A stretch of 64,000 bases of DNA from Eledone cirrhosa (GCA_964016885.1 OZ024746.1:61194001-61258000), one strand, 5' to 3'. Counted from the stretch's first letter, positions 14,405 through 37,870 are shown. Notes: generated from the sequence alone by a model not told the origin. Numbers and translations: made by a program.

Positions 14405-14833
14405 TGAATAAGTTAGTTCTTCATCAGTGATCTTCCAACCATCATTGGTATTTCATCGCTTTAAAGACCATATCCGGTTGGTGCGAGCAACGGCTAAAGA
14501 AAGTCGTTGGGACACGTAAATAAGGGGAATGAGCGAGAGTGTAAACAAACAAAGATGGTAAAGCAACGAAAAGTGAGGAAGAAAGAGTCAAGTCCCAGAT
14601 TTCCATAATATAAGTTCGGTGAAATCGTGAACGAGAGAGAATAAAGACCATGAAACCTGGTCGAAATGTGAGCAAGGAAGGAATTCCGCACAGATCAAAC
14701 GGGAGGAAGAAGGAGTCCAGTCCGTGAATTCGGTGAACATAAGTTCTGTGAAATCGTAGACGAGAGAGAGAAAAGGGGAACCAGCCTGGCCAAGCGTGCG
14801 AGAGAAAAGAATTACGCGCAGGTCAAACGGGAG

Positions 14834-14836
<3 letters not shown>
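14405..14836. mobile_element. Non-coding repeat family D, diverged copy between (TA)n tracts
   Basis: TCATCAGTGAT..CCAACCATCATTGGTATTTCATCGC shared with 37940-38230 and 57781-58396. Confidence 0.6.
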
Positions 14837-14910
<74 letters not shown>

Positions 14911-14929
14911 AATAAATATATATATATAC

Positions 14930-14978
<49 letters not shown>

Positions 14979-15276
14979 CGGCAAAGGGTAACCTGGAAAG
15001 CTGGGCATGCAGTCCAATCACCATGGCTGAAAGTGGGGCTGTGCAGCCATACCCCCCCCCCCATTCCCTCTAAATGACCCTCACGGCCAAAGCCGCATGT
15101 AGTATTACCTAGTGTGTGTGTGTGTGTGTTATCTCTTTATGTGTCTACGATTTAGCAGGCACCCAAAATTCTGCTTGCTTCAACCGACGCAATTGATCAA
15201 CTCAAGATTCTATAACGCATGCACTGCATGCGTTGCATGCACGGACCCTTCGCCCCTGATATATATATATATATAT

Positions 15277-18426
<3,150 letters not shown>

Positions 18427-18667
18427 GTATGTATATGTATGTATATATGCAATTGTGCGATCGTGCACAATTAGCACATATACACAGAAGCGTGGCATCA
18501 GCGTGGATATATATCTCCAATATCTATCAGCTTATCTAACGCAGATATCCAATTGCATGTTTACATGAATCATCGATTTGGGGGAATTAATGGACTAATT
18601 AACTTCCCCGCCCAACACACAATCTCACACTCAGCAGACACTCACAGACACACAGACACACATACAG

Positions 18668-18722
<55 letters not shown>

Positions 18723-18806
18723 GTATATATATGTATGTGTATATATATATATATATCTATATATATATATTTGTATATATATATGTATATATATATATAC
18801 ATATAT

Positions 18807-18957
<151 letters not shown>

Positions 18958-18960
18958 TAT

Positions 18961-19038
<78 letters not shown>

Positions 19039-19156
19039 CTGGTAATAAGATAGTAATAAATTACTGTCTTTCACTATTTAGGGTATAATATATATATATA
19101 ACTATAAAAGGTTTTAGTATATACATAACCATAAATAGTATCCTTAATACTATTAA

Positions 19157-19217
<61 letters not shown>

Positions 19218-19235
19218 TACATATACATACATATA

Positions 19236-19271
<36 letters not shown>

Positions 19272-19340
19272 CATACATAGATATATATATATACATGTAT
19301 ATATATATAAATACACACACACGCATATATATATATATAT

Positions 19341-19537
19341 ATAACGAAGGAATTGTGGTAAGGAACCAGATGGACCACAACGCACCAGAGTACTCAATAC
19401 TTAGGTTAGTAGAGTGGGTAATAGGAAAAAGTATGACCCCGACGGCAGAGCTCAAGCCGTTTCGACGGCTATTTCTGGACTAAATTTAGTCCAGAAATAG
19501 CCGTCGAAACGGCTTGAGCTCTGCCGTCGGGGTCATA
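19341..19537. mobile_element. ORF-less palindromic derivative of the Penelope terminus (family C)
   Basis: Palindrome centred on CTAAATTTAG (~19485), arms match 18165-18215, ~90-nt left tail, (TA)n flanks. Confidence 0.85.
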
Positions 19538-19650
19538 TACAAATGTATATATATATATATAATGAAAAATTGAACGGGAACAAAACAGAGAGGCAGTACA
19601 ACAAATGTTTATTAATTTCACGCTCTTGAGAGTGGGTGGTGGTGGGGAAC

Positions 19651-19678
19651 GACGTTTCGGGCATAAGCCCTTCTTCAG
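19651..19678 (-). ncRNA. Minimal hammerhead core in a pLTR-like fragment (19561-19800)
   Basis: CTGAAGA-aGGGCttatGCCC-GAAAC-GTC on the minus strand, with AATAAA ~40 nt downstream; stem I is weak. Confidence 0.65.
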
Positions 19679-19798
19679 GTGAAAAGTGTGTGGGAAGAGA
19701 GTTCAAAGGGTGTGAAGGGGAGTGGTGGAGAGACATATAGCAAAAAGGGGGCGAGAGGAAACGGTGCAAATGAAATTAAAAATAAAGGCATGATCAAA

Positions 19799-19852
<54 letters not shown>

Positions 19853-20444
19853 GTATATACACACACACATATATATATACACACACACGCTCACACATGT
19901 ACAGTCTTATTCGTTCTTCTGTTCCTTAATTTGGAAGTTTTTGTTTTTCTGCACGATGTAATAAAAAAACACAGTAGTTTGATTTGCAGGTATTTTGATA
20001 GCCATTGTTCATCCAGATCCTACACGACAGATCGAATTACTGTCCTCTCATCACGATTGCAAGTGCATATGTGTGTGTGTGTGCGTGCGCGCGCCGCGCG
20101 TGTGTGTGTTGTATATGAGCATGTATACGCTTTAGTGTCTCGTTCATTAAATCTTGTTCGTCTTCTGAACCACGCAACTGTAACTAATTAGTAGTTGGTT
20201 AGATTTTGTGTGGCGGACGAACTGAAGAAGGCGAAACTGGTTAGTAGTTACAATTTGATTTCAAATCCTAGCTACTTCGATTTTCTGTTTCACCCTTCTG
20301 GATTCGATGGAAAAAATACCAGTGAAATACTGAACTCAGTTCAACTAATAATATAGAATCTCTTAAAATTTCTACCCTGGTTCTAATGTTAGAAATCTAT
20401 ATTTTCTCTCATTAAGAGACCTTACTGAAGTCATCATGAAAGAG

Positions 20445-21260
20445 CTATTCAAATTTATGTTTCGTCTCTGCACCAGCTCGACAAGCACCGCCTTGCTTGT
20501 TTTTGTGCGGCCTCCAAACTCCACAGGGGTGCCTGGCTCCATGCCCTGCCCTCCTTCTCCACTGGCACGCAGCTAGACAACCATAGCCTGCGAATCGGCG
20601 TTTCCCTGAGGTTCGGCCTCCGGATCTGCCAGCCACACCAATGTCGCTGCGGTTCCACCGTGGACTCTTTCGGCCTCCACCCGCTTTCCTGTCTTCACAG
20701 TGCCGGCCGCATTCCACGCCATGCTGCCCTCAACGAGGTCATTAAGCATGGCTTGGACGCTGCAGTCTTCCCATCCCAGCTCGAGCCGGTGGTGCTGGAT
20801 CGAGGGGACAGCAAAAGGCCAGATGGATGACTATCTTCCCGTTCCGCGGTGGAAAACCCCTCGTCTGGGATGCCACTTGCACCGACACTTTCTGCAGCCG
20901 CAACCTGGTGTAGTCTGCGACTGACACAGGTTCTGCTGCACGTCGGGCTGAGAGGGCCAAACTCCTCAAATACCGGTCGCTCTCCGATAGGTTTGCGGTT
21001 GTACCCCTGGCAGTGGAGACTTCTGGTGCCCTCGGCCCCAGGGCTACCTCCTTACTCACCACCATAGGCGCTGAGCTGGCCAGCCGCAGGTGTGAGCCCC
21101 GCGAGTTGGAGTGGCTTTTCCAGCGCGTCTCCCTTGCCGTACTCCGGGGAAACGCCTTCTCCATTCTGTCCGCCGGGGCTGTGGGTGGGTCCCATCGCGT
21201 ACCAATACATTAGTTAAATACCATTCTTTCATCTGATATAAAATAAATATGGTTTTATTT
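20445..21260 (+). pseudogene. CRE-clade non-LTR retrotransposon C-terminus (zinc knuckle + restriction-like endonuclease), disrupted
   Basis: Plus-strand translation GAWLHALP...CRCG..VDSFGLHPLSC...RHAALN...KRPDG, frameshift, then LVWDATCTDT...AKLLKY...PLAVETSGALG...QRVSLAVLRGNA; includes an internal stop. Confidence 0.85.
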
Positions 21261-21344
21261 CTCCAGTTATATCCAGAAGTCGACCCAATCAACTTTTAAA
21301 TATAAGATCTTCTACCATTATGACTTATTTAAACTATTTTGCAT

Positions 21345-21668
21345 AGTCCCGTAACTTCCTAGGGAGTCGCAAGGATGCATACTGCGTTTCTAGGGCATTT
21401 TAAAAACCTGGCAGAGCGCGTCTCCTTTCTATATCTGAATTAAGCAGATTTCTTCCAGGGAATGATAGATAGTGAGAAAACAAAAGTGAGAAAGAGATAT
21501 AGAGGAAGAATCGACCCCAGTACTAAAGGGGCCCCTTTTTTATTGATCTTGAATGGATGAAAGGCAATGTTGACTTCGACGGGATTTGAACTCAGAGAGT
21601 AGAAAACTTAAATGAATACTGCAAGCATTCTATCCGATGTTCTAACGACCCTGCCAACTCAGCGCCTT
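21345..21668 (-). mobile_element. SINE S1 long subtype
   Basis: S1 core plus a tail homologous to 7915-8030, 43403-43570 and 47580-47718. Confidence 0.7.
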
Positions 21669-22464
21669 TATTTAAACTTAAAGAGAGCTTACACTCATCT
21701 ATAGCGGCGGAGAGGATTAAAATTTCAGTTTGATTGTGTAACATAACTTTTAGTTCGAGTGGATTAAGTATCTTACATCTTACATCTTACAATATTTAGT
21801 TTCAAAGTTCTAAGTTCTGTGCTGAAATTTAATTAAATCAACCTCAGTAGTTGACTGATCAGTAGTACAGCGCAAGTCGGAAACAAAATAAAGAAATATA
21901 GTCGTTTGTACCATTTATATGAACTGATAGTTATTTCATCAATATTGAAAGGAAGAAAAGCAAAGGATATTTCGACTAAGATACTAAAAAATTTTCAATA
22001 CAAATGGAGACATTAAATGTCGTACCTAAAACATGGTACTGAAATTCGATTGTAAATATTAATATTAATGCTACTGTTGACATTAAAATTGTGTATCTAA
22101 AATAACGTATTGTAAACATTAAAGATTATAAACTTTTAAAGCATGTTTAAGCACAATTAAAATTTACAAAATAGTAATGATATTGTAAACATTAAAATGT
22201 CATATCCCCATTTCACAACAAAAAAAATCGTATATCGTTTTTAATCTATCATGTTTTTGTTTTCATCTCAATATGAAACAGGTCGTTAGTGTGTTACACA
22301 CTAGGTTTATACTGTATTTAGTAGTTTTATTTGATGTTCTGAGTTCAAATTCTACTGAGAGTTACTCTGAATTTTAACGTTTCTTTTAAAAACGTTTTCA
22401 GCATACAAGCATGCAACCAACCATTAACACCAAAAAGTGGTAGTTAACTATCGGAGTCAATGAA

Positions 22465-22496
<32 letters not shown>

Positions 22497-23599
22497 CCCC
22501 CCCCCCTCCTCTAAGACGTCTACACCATGCCTCTATGTTAGAAATTAAAGATGATCATTTGCAGAATGGGCAGAGTTCCGTACAAAATGTCTCTCCTTCT
22601 TTTTCTGAGACCAATTCCACCCGACCTTTCATTCTTTCAAGATCGATAAAATTAGGTAGATGACTAATACTGAGGTCGATATAATAAGACATACCCTCAG
22701 AAATCAGTACTAATCCTGTAACCTGGTCTATAGCTGACTAGAAAAGATAGCATTAGGGGTCTTTACTAGGGGTCCATCAATATTTAGAAATAAATACCAA
22801 ATTAGAGAAAACAATTCTATTTTATAAGTGGTAGGTGTAGTTGTGTATGTGCGGGTAAGTTCTTTTATACAAATAACAATGGAAACAGTCTTTTACAGGG
22901 TGACAACAAAAACACTCATCGATTTCAAATACTTATAATATGAATATTCTTACAATATTCAAATAATTTCGTGATATTTGACGATGCTTGGTTATTTACT
23001 CGAGTGCTGTGATTATTTCAGCTAATTACACGCCATCAATCAGATTTGTAACTCACGCTTAACTTAGAAACAATCATATTTAATCTCGTAAATAGACCTC
23101 TCAAAACCCAAATGAAGAGTACAGTGAAAAAAGTGCCCCAAAATGGGGAGAAATGAGGCAAAATAGGGAGATTTTTACATAATGGAAGCTATACCCATTT
23201 TCACAAGAGAAAACATCTCCTACCCACTCCAAATCTAATTTAATCTAATCTAATCTAATCTGGCCGAGTTTACACTCGCACATAAGAAGAACCAGGGCCA
23301 CTCCTTGGAGCATTGGATTTGGTGTACTTCATATTTGTTTCGGTTGCCGAATACAATCAGGGGTCGCTGCTTCTCCTGAAGGTCAATAGTTCTCTTCTAA
23401 CTCGAGTGGGAGCGCCTTTCCATTGTCAATTTGCATTGATCATCTGCAAAGCCACATTGTTCTCACAACCACTACACCAGTCTTTCGATGCATGCAGCTG
23501 GAACTACTGCAGGTCTGTGTAAAACAAGGGATATTTTTCAAATGCGCTTTCAAAATTTAGTTAAAGACATTTTATTTCCCACACGTTGGTTTTATAATG

Positions 23600-23955
23600 G
23601 TTTCTGATTTAGGTACAAGGCTAACAATTTTTTAGGGGGTGGGAGGGAATATTAAATCAACCCTGGTACTTTACTGATACTTTATTTTATCGATCCCGTA
23701 AGGATGAAAGGCAAAGCTAACCTCGGCGGGATTTGAGCTCAGAGCGTAAAGGGCCATAACTCTACGCCACGAAACATTTTGTCCGACGCTCTACCGATAC
23801 TGCTAATCAACAGCCCCCCGCACGGTGGTTTAATAATGGTTTCTGCTTTAAGCATAAAGCCAACAAAATTTTTTTGGTGGGGAGGGAAAGTCGATTGAAT
23901 CGACCCCAGTGCATTACTGGTGCTTTATTTCATCGACCACCGATACTGCCAATCT
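23600..23955 (-). mobile_element. SINE S1 copies (one near full length, one deleted)
   Basis: S1 core at 23685-23750. Confidence 0.75.
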
Positions 23956-24065
23956 ACCACCCTCAACACGCTGGTTTAATAATAGTTCTGGAAAAGGAAT
24001 AAAGAATAGAATTTCACGTATGCGTGTGTATTCGTATATACATGTGTGTACGTTTATGAACATGT

Positions 24066-24190
<125 letters not shown>

Positions 24191-24334
24191 CTTTTAGGTA
24201 TTAATTTTAGGAAAAGAGAGCTGTAAGAGGGAAATAAAATTATGAAGTTCTCTGTAGTAAAGTACTAATTATAGGTTAACTAAATTAAAAAAACTAATTA
24301 TAATAATATGTAAAATATAAGTGTAAGGTGTATA

Positions 24335-24580
24335 TTAATTAGGTTTATAATATTTGAAAGTTCTTCTAATTCTATGATTGCAAGATATAATTAATTCCTG
24401 TCGCTTATTTAATAGGATATCCTTAGATTTCATGATTTCAAAAAGTTCCTGGGAGCATAACCTACACTCATATCTGTTATTTTGATAAGGGGTGGCCCTT
24501 TTGAGCACACTCCAGCTCAGGTTGTAATCGATATTCTTTTTTCTATAATTATTAATTGTTTCAGCCAAGATGTTGTATTA
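24335..24580 (-). pseudogene. Penelope GIY-YIG C-terminal fragment
   Basis: NIDYNLSWSVLKRATPY..ECRLCSQE..LLNKRQELIISCNHRIRRTF aligns with the C-terminus of the 16776-18164 protein (NITYDLTWSLL...CNLCSEE..LLNKKDELVTACKHRLRRTY). Confidence 0.85.
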
Positions 24581-24614
24581 GCTAATGCGGCATTTTAAAA
24601 ACTGTGTGCGTGAG

Positions 24615-24810
<196 letters not shown>

Positions 24811-24849
24811 CATATATGTATATATATATATATATATAAAAAATAGTCT

Positions 24850-25110
24850 AAAGTCTGTCTTAAGCCAGAAGGCTCATTTGGCCGATGCTTATCCCAGTTT
24901 GACGGCGTGATGCGACTGAGAGTACAGGACGCCAGTCCATCGCAGGGTTAACCCCCCAGCTATTGCTGGAGCTCATTTTCAGCTGAGTATACTGGAGCAA
25001 CGTGAAATGAAGTGTTTTGCTAAAAAAACAAAGCGCAACCCAGCCCAGGAATCGAACCGACGACATTATAATCGGAAGTCCAACACCCTTACCACTAGCC
25101 ACGTGCCTCC
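24850..25110 (-). mobile_element. tRNA-derived SINE S2
   Basis: Homologous to 11643-11912; B box GGTTCGATTCC on the minus strand. Confidence 0.8.
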
Positions 25111-25176
25111 ACACACACACACACACACACACAAATAGATACATACATACGCACACACACACACACACACACACAT

Positions 25177-25301
<125 letters not shown>

Positions 25302-25647
25302 TATGAAGACGTATAGTGTATGCCCTGGTTTTATTTTCTCACCACCTCCAGCCATTCACTTCTATTTTCTCTGGCTATTTTGTTTTCATTTATTCTCTCC
25401 CTACTGTTACAACTGTCCGAATACACTCAACTAGGCAAACAAGGCACTCTTGCTACTCTATTGCCAGTGATTACACAAGCAATATACACATTCAATCAAA
25501 ACAGATTCAAGACTAACAACGACAGAATAGAGGGAAACAATTCTAGAACGAAGACAGCGCTATATGTAATAACTAAGTAATGATTGTGTTCTATCTCCAG
25601 TCTATATTTTGTTTACCTTCATCTTTCTTTATATAAATATGCAAGTT

Positions 25648-26439
<792 letters not shown>

Positions 26440-26471
26440 CATATATATATGTATACGTATATATATATATA

Positions 26472-27690
26472 TAACTTTGAATAACTTTGAAATGTTTTGG
26501 CCAGTATTGGCCCAGGCCATGTCTAACTTAATAGCACGACCTGGCGAAGTCTTTCAATTCAGGATTTGGGCACCATGGCCCATTCGAGAAGAGAATTACT
26601 GTTTGCGGAGACATATCCGGGTGTGGGTGGTTTGTCCGGGATTACTTGGAGGAATTTGTCCAAAGACTTCTTGAATTTTGTGTGGTCAGTTTCTGTTTTG
26701 ACGTGTCCTGGTGTGATGTTGAAGAGAGCAGGGCCGATTGAGGTGAAATAATTGTGCCGTATTGTTGTTATGAGTTGCGATTTAGATTTTTGAATGGGAC
26801 GGATAGCACGGGGCCCAAGCCTTGGGTGTATCTTGAAGGCGATGCCAACATCATTTGGGCAGTGATGATGGAACATTTTCCACATCATGCAGATAATATA
26901 ACGCTCACGGCGACGTTGGAGTGAGTAAAGTTTCAGGTTTTCTAGTCGACCCCAGTAGTCAAGGTCTGACATGCCATCTATCTTTTTCGTGATTGCCCTT
27001 TGAGGAGCTTCAAGTTTCATGATACTTTGTTTCGTGTGGGGAGACCACAGTGGACAACAGTATTCAAGGTGTGGTCGGGCAAAAGTAGAGAAGAGAAGGA
27101 TAATGGTGTGGGAATCTCTCGACTGGAAGGTTCTGAGGATCCAGGAACACATTCTGCGGGCCATGTCAACTTTGCTGCTTATATGCGTGGCCCAGCTTAT
27201 GTTGCTGTCCACGGTTACTCCCAAGTCTCTGATGTTGTTAGATGCCACGAGAGTTTCCCCGGAGGGAAGGGAGTACGGGAGTTTCAGAGCATCCTCTTTT
27301 CCAAAGTGGATCAGTTCAAATTTGTCTTCGTTCAGTAACATGTTGTTCTTTTCCGCCCATTGGGTAACAGCCAGTAGGTCTGACTGAAGGCTTATCCGGT
27401 CATCCACGCCATTGATGACCTTTTGGAGCTTGGAATCATCAGCGAAAGTTTTAATGTTGCTGTGTTTGATGATGTCAGTGATGTCATTAATATAGATGAT
27501 GAAGAGAAGTGGGCCCAACACAGTGCCTTGTGGGACCCCACTACTGACTTTGGCTGGGCTGGATTTGACTGCTTCAACTACAACATGTTGGGTTCTATTT
27601 GACAGGAAGCTCTTGATGCACTGCAGCAGCTTTCCAGTGACACCAATATTGGACAGCTTTCTCAGTAGAATGTTATGATCAACCCTGTCA
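26472..27690 (-). mobile_element. 5'-truncated CR1-group LINE (RT C-terminal half, 3' UTR and short tandem tail)
   Basis: [12 protein letters not shown]...[20 protein letters not shown]...FADDSKL...RDLGV...RPHLEYC...[10 protein letters not shown]; stop at 26559; tail (TTCAAAGTTA)2; the ORF's N-terminal YIYI stretch is (TA)n. Confidence 0.92.
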
Positions 27691-27702
27691 TATATATATA
27701 TG

Positions 27703-27735
<33 letters not shown>

Positions 27736-27748
27736 GTATATATATATG

Positions 27749-27800
<52 letters not shown>

Positions 27801-27882
27801 TATACGTATACATATATATACGTATACATATACATATATATATGTATACGTATATATATATATATATATGTATATGTATACA

Positions 27883-27915
<33 letters not shown>

Positions 27916-27920
27916 ACATG

Positions 27921-27992
<72 letters not shown>

Positions 27993-28032
27993 CATATATA
28001 TATATACGTATGTATATATATATATATGTATA

Positions 28033-28084
<52 letters not shown>

Positions 28085-28122
28085 CATATATATATATACG
28101 TATGTATATATATATATGTATA

Positions 28123-28168
<46 letters not shown>

Positions 28169-28212
28169 CATATATACATATATATATATATGTATGTATA
28201 TATATATATGCA

Positions 28213-28243
<31 letters not shown>

Positions 28244-28308
28244 GTATACATGTATATATATATGTATATATATATATATACATATATATATGTATGTATA
28301 TGTATATA

Positions 28309-28391
<83 letters not shown>

Positions 28392-28511
28392 TCATATATA
28401 TATATATATGTATATATTCATATATATATATATGTATATATTCATATATATATATATGTATATATTCATATATATATATATGTATATATACATATATATG
28501 TGTGTGTGTGT
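27690..28511. repeat. Degenerate (TA)n/(TG) microsatellite mosaic
   Basis: Direct inspection. Confidence 0.95.
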
Positions 28512-28711
28512 GAGTCCCGGGTTCAATCGAGGGTAACCACAATAAATAAGGTACTCAATACATAGCACAGTATAAATATTTAATATAGTAATGGCTTCTA
28601 CAGGACTAGAACTGTTGCATTCGAATTAATCTTCAGGAAAGCCAACTACCAATGTGATATTTCCTGATGATTACCTTCGAATGAAACAGTTCTAGTCCTG
28701 TAGAAGCCATT
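28512..28711. mobile_element. Inverted-repeat HHR element with cores at 28590-28643 (-) and 28660-28711 (+)
   Basis: Plus: CTGATGA-ttaccttcgaat-GAAAC-agttcta-GTC. Minus: ggctttc-CTGAAGA-ttaattcgaat-GcAAC...GTC. Left tail contains GGTACTCAATAC; stem I is imperfect. Confidence 0.65.
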
Positions 28712-28716
28712 TTTAT

Positions 28717-28791
<75 letters not shown>

Positions 28792-29302
28792 TAATAAAAA
28801 CAATGAATAAAATCAAAGAACAAGTTCCTTATATTAAAAAATTCATCATTTTACGATCGTTTCTAGGATATATATGTGTGTTGGTAGATTTATCTACATA
28901 TATATATATATATATATATATAGTTATACTTGGGGAGGGTCATATTTGTGTAATAATATTGCCAGAAATAATAACAGACCAATGGCGTAGACATACAATA
29001 CAACAGGAGAAACATAATAGCACCACTGACGATGTTGCAGATGTGCAACGAAAGAACTTTGTTAGACTATATATATGTGTTTGTGTCTATATTATATATG
29101 TATTTTTGACCGTTGGTCAGTCAATGGTAAACATTGAGGACCGAATAAATTAACTGATATAAAAGATACAGAAGCGAAATACAACCAAACAGTGAGTGTG
29201 TTCTGTTATTAATTCTGGCAATATTATTACAACAATATGACCCTCCCCAAGTGGAACAATATTTGTTTCGACACACGATTTCATTTCAAAAACCTCGCAA
29301 AA

Positions 29303-29400
<98 letters not shown>

Positions 29401-29429
29401 CCTATTTTTACTAACAATAGCTGAATTTG

Positions 29430-29468
29430 TCAAGCCTTAAGAAGTTAATGGCCGAAACGCTCGCTTGA
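29430..29468 (+). ncRNA. Degenerate hammerhead relic
   Basis: TCAAGC-CTTAAGA-agttaatggcc-GAAAC-gc-TC-GCTTGA: perfect 6-bp stem I, mutated core. Confidence 0.45.
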
Positions 29469-30620
29469 GGAGTTTCTTCTCTGAAGACCTACTGTCCAAC
29501 TCTCCTGAGAGTTTCTTACCACTGTCTGTCTGTCTGTCTGTATGTATGTATGTATGTATGTATGTATGTATGTATGTATGTATGTATATGGCCGATTTCT
29601 TTTAACAAGAGCAGGATTTGTCAACTATCTGAAATCCTACGAGCCAGGGAGAAACCAAGCCACATGTGAGATGGTTCTACCACCACACACTCCACGGTAT
29701 ATTTGCACTGAGTATGGCTTAATTTGCAAGTCAGACGGTATTGCTAGGAGACAAACAGTTCAAGTGTTCACATCTGTGAACTTGCCTGCACACACACACA
29801 CACACACATGTTTGTATATACAGAAACAAATACAGACATAGAAAACCACAGGCAAATATGGTTTCGCGTGAACATAATCAGTTCTCACCAAGATATACGC
29901 AGATCGCAGAAAATTGCCAGAATCATGAGAATGTAATACAACATGACATGCGGCATTTTTTCTGGCTTTCTGTCTTCTAAGTTCAGGTCTTGTTAAAGAC
30001 AACTTTGCCTTTATCTTTCCGAAGTCAATAAAATAAACTATTGTCAACGGTGATAGTCTGACGGAATTATTAGAGCGTTAGACGAGACATGTTGCTTTTG
30101 TGTTTTGTGTTCAAATCCCATTTTTGGTTACTTAGGTGTTTGATTCAATCAGGTGCCCGGCTTAACTCCCATATTTTTCAGTTGGGTATTTTTTGTGGAG
30201 TTAAGTTTGTTATAAACGGTGGGACCAAATCTTCAGCATGAGAAAACTGTTCACCAATCTTGGAGGACCTGGAAAGGGTCATGGGAACTGCCATTCTCTC
30301 CCTGACTAAACAGTAGAAAAAAAATGCTATGTAACCACACAACCCCGTAACATTGAGGCACAAATATACCCACAGACATTGACACATATGCAGGCATACT
30401 ACCATAATATGAACACACATATCGACGCTAAAAGAATCTGTTCTGTTAAACTCTTGGACAACCAAGGGACATCAACTTAGACTTACACACATATTCACGT
30501 TGTTGTGCACTACTTCGTATGCAATTGTACATATATATGCACAAGCCTACATTGCGACGCACACATGCGTACACATGCATGTGCATCTACATAAACGCAC
30601 ATATATAGATACATACGCAA

Positions 30621-30663
<43 letters not shown>

Positions 30664-30744
30664 GTGATCTAGCAATGAAATGAATATGTAAAATAACTTG
30701 CCTTCGTTATTATTATCATTATTAAACTAGTATCTGATAAATAA

Positions 30745-30794
<50 letters not shown>

Positions 30795-30850
30795 GTATAT
30801 ATACATATATATACATATATATATACATATATATACATACATATATATAT

Positions 30851-30911
<61 letters not shown>

Positions 30912-31057
30912 TATTGATGTCTTATTAAATATAATATGCCTTTCTAAACACACGTGTATGTTTAGGTGTATGCGTATGTTTCCGTTGTGTATCTGTCTGG
31001 GTGTGAACGTCTGTCTCCAAGTCTATTAATGGCAACAGGCTAACCTGAAACACGAAT

Positions 31058-35262
<4,205 letters not shown>

Positions 35263-35291
35263 ATATATATATATATACATACATACATACA

Positions 35292-35486
<195 letters not shown>

Positions 35487-35719
35487 CGGAACTCTAGCCT
35501 GCAGGAGCAGTGAGGCTGTCTGGAAGTGGTCAGTCTACTTCTATCACAGTCAATCTGAGAACTCTACAGCAACAACTGTAACAACAACAAACATATTATC
35601 ACTATCATCATTAGAGGAATAACTGACGTTTATCAGTCATTTTCATTATCACCGACACTACTAACCCCCCCACACACACTCACACACACCCTACACACAT
35701 ACACACACATACACACACC

Positions 35720-36394
35720 CTACATCACCACCACTACCACTACCATCACCAGCACCAGCAGCAGGAGGAGCAGCAGCAGCAGCACTACCACCACCCCACC
35801 ACTACCACCACCACCACTAGCACCACCATCACCACCACCGCCTCCACCACTAGCACCAACACCACCACCACCACCACCACCACCACCACCACTGCCACAT
35901 CCATCACCACTACCACTACCACCACCACCACTACCACCACCATCTCCACCAGCACCACCAGCACCACCACCAGCACCATCTCCACCAGCGCCTCCACCAC
36001 CAGCACCAGCACCAACACCAGCACCAACACCACTATCAACACCATCAACAGCACCACCGCCATCACCACCACCGCCTCCACCACCAGCACCAGCACCAAC
36101 ACCACCACCACCACCACCACCAGCACCACTATCAACACCATCAACTCCACCACCGCCATCACCAGCACCAGCACCACCACCAGCACCACCAGCACCACTA
36201 TCAACACCATCAACACCACCACCGCCATCACCACCACCGCCCCCACCACCAGCACCACCACTACCACATCCATCACCACCACCACCACCATTACCATCTT
36301 CATCGTCAGCTTCTTTGTCAACAAGTTTATTATCCTTCATCAGCGTCCTCAACAGCAGCAGCAGCAGCAGCAGCAGCACTCTTAATAACATCCA

Positions 36395-36434
<40 letters not shown>

Positions 36435-37050
36435 GTCATCATCATCGTCATCATCATCGTCATCGCCGCCATCTTTAATACTAAAATTAGCAACACAATC
36501 ATCATCATTGTCGTCGTCATCAGAATCAGCAAGAATCCATACCAACAATAGCAATTACACCATTGATACCACCACCACCATCACCACCACCATCACCACC
36601 ACCACCACCACCACCATCACCACCACCAACACCACTACCATCATCACCATCATCACGATCCTTATCAGCTACACATCACCATCGCCATCACCATCGCCAT
36701 CAGTATCAGCATCGACGTCTGTATAATAACAACTACAACAACACCAACCACATCCCCTCTCCCACCACTACCACTACCACTACCACTACTACGATGACGA
36801 TGACGATGACCACACCAAGAACAATATCAACATCAACTTGAAGAATAATGTAGTGTCCACACCACAGCAATAGAAGCAGCGCCAGCAGCAACACTAACAA
36901 CAACCACAACAACAGCAGCAACAACAACAGCAACAACAACTTAAAGAATAATTAATACAATGTCCACACCACAGCAATAGAAGCAGCGCCACCACCAGCA
37001 ACACTAACAACAACCACAACAACAACAACAACAACTTCGATGACTACTAC
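35720..37050. repeat. Trinucleotide low-complexity field ((CAC)n, (CAG)n, (CAT)n, (CAA)n)
   Basis: Direct inspection; includes a ~110-bp local duplication at 36837-37037. Confidence 0.9.
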
Positions 37051-37292
37051 CATCACTGCTTCTATAATTAAGTCATTTATCAATATTTAAATGAAGATGT
37101 CCGACAAATTTGTAATGAAAACAATAATTCTTTAATGGAGATACTGAGTTATAACTAAACAACACTTTTGATAATATTCTATGTTGGATCTGAAATCGCT
37201 CAGTCTATTTAAATTTCAAGCACTAATAATATTAATGTTAATTATAGTAATAATTGCACTTTGAAACACTAGTGAAAGTCTATGAGGTTTAA

Positions 37293-37500
37293 CCCTTTAG
37301 CATTCACATTACTCTATATTTACTATTGTAGTTTCGTAGTAAAGGCTTTACCTCACATAATATCGAATCTATGAGATTTTGATGTTATTTATTTCGAGAA
37401 CAATACCTTAACGTCAATATAAGTGGCCAGTTATAGCCAGTTTGAACAGAAAGAGGTAAGAGAATTCTGGCCGGATTGGGCCGGTTTTAATGCTAAAGGG
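37293..37500. mobile_element. piggyBac-like MITE with TTAA target-site duplication
   Basis: TTAA|CCCTTTAGCATT...AATGCTAAAGGG|TTAA. Confidence 0.8.
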
Positions 37501-37870
37501 TTAAGTTAGAATAAGCCAATCTTATCGATTGCAATAGTACATTAATTTATCGAGCTTAAAATAAGTAGATAGCGACGGGATTAGAACTCATATCCCAAAC
37601 GAAATAGCCCAACACATTTTATACACACGGAAGCTGCTTTATTACTCCCAACATTCTAGAAAATATGATAAAGATAACGACAACAACTTTGGAACCTAAA
37701 ATAAAAAAGCAACAAGAGCAACAAAACTACGATACGAAACAAACATATTAAATACAGGTAAGATATATTTTATCTTTTAATGTCTAAGTATGAGTTGGAA
37801 TTTTGTGTTTCTTGTATAAGAATATTTATATGTATCGAAACGAAAATATATATGTATACACACACACACA

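Noticed and set aside
20222-20246. CTGAAGA-aggc-GAAAC-tg-GTT hammerhead-like string
   Set aside because: No room for stem II and no convincing stem I; it lies in a decayed SINE-like context.
20742-21164. 140-aa minus-strand ORF and neighbouring short ORFs
   Set aside because: Antisense shadows of the plus-strand CRE retrotransposon frame.
35720-36532. Gly-rich 270-aa ORF (GGGGDGGGGVDGVDSGAG repeats) resembling a structural protein
   Set aside because: It is embedded in a mixed trinucleotide field that is open in several frames, with poly-M/L/V flanks and no splice or codon evidence. It cannot be fully excluded without RNA data.
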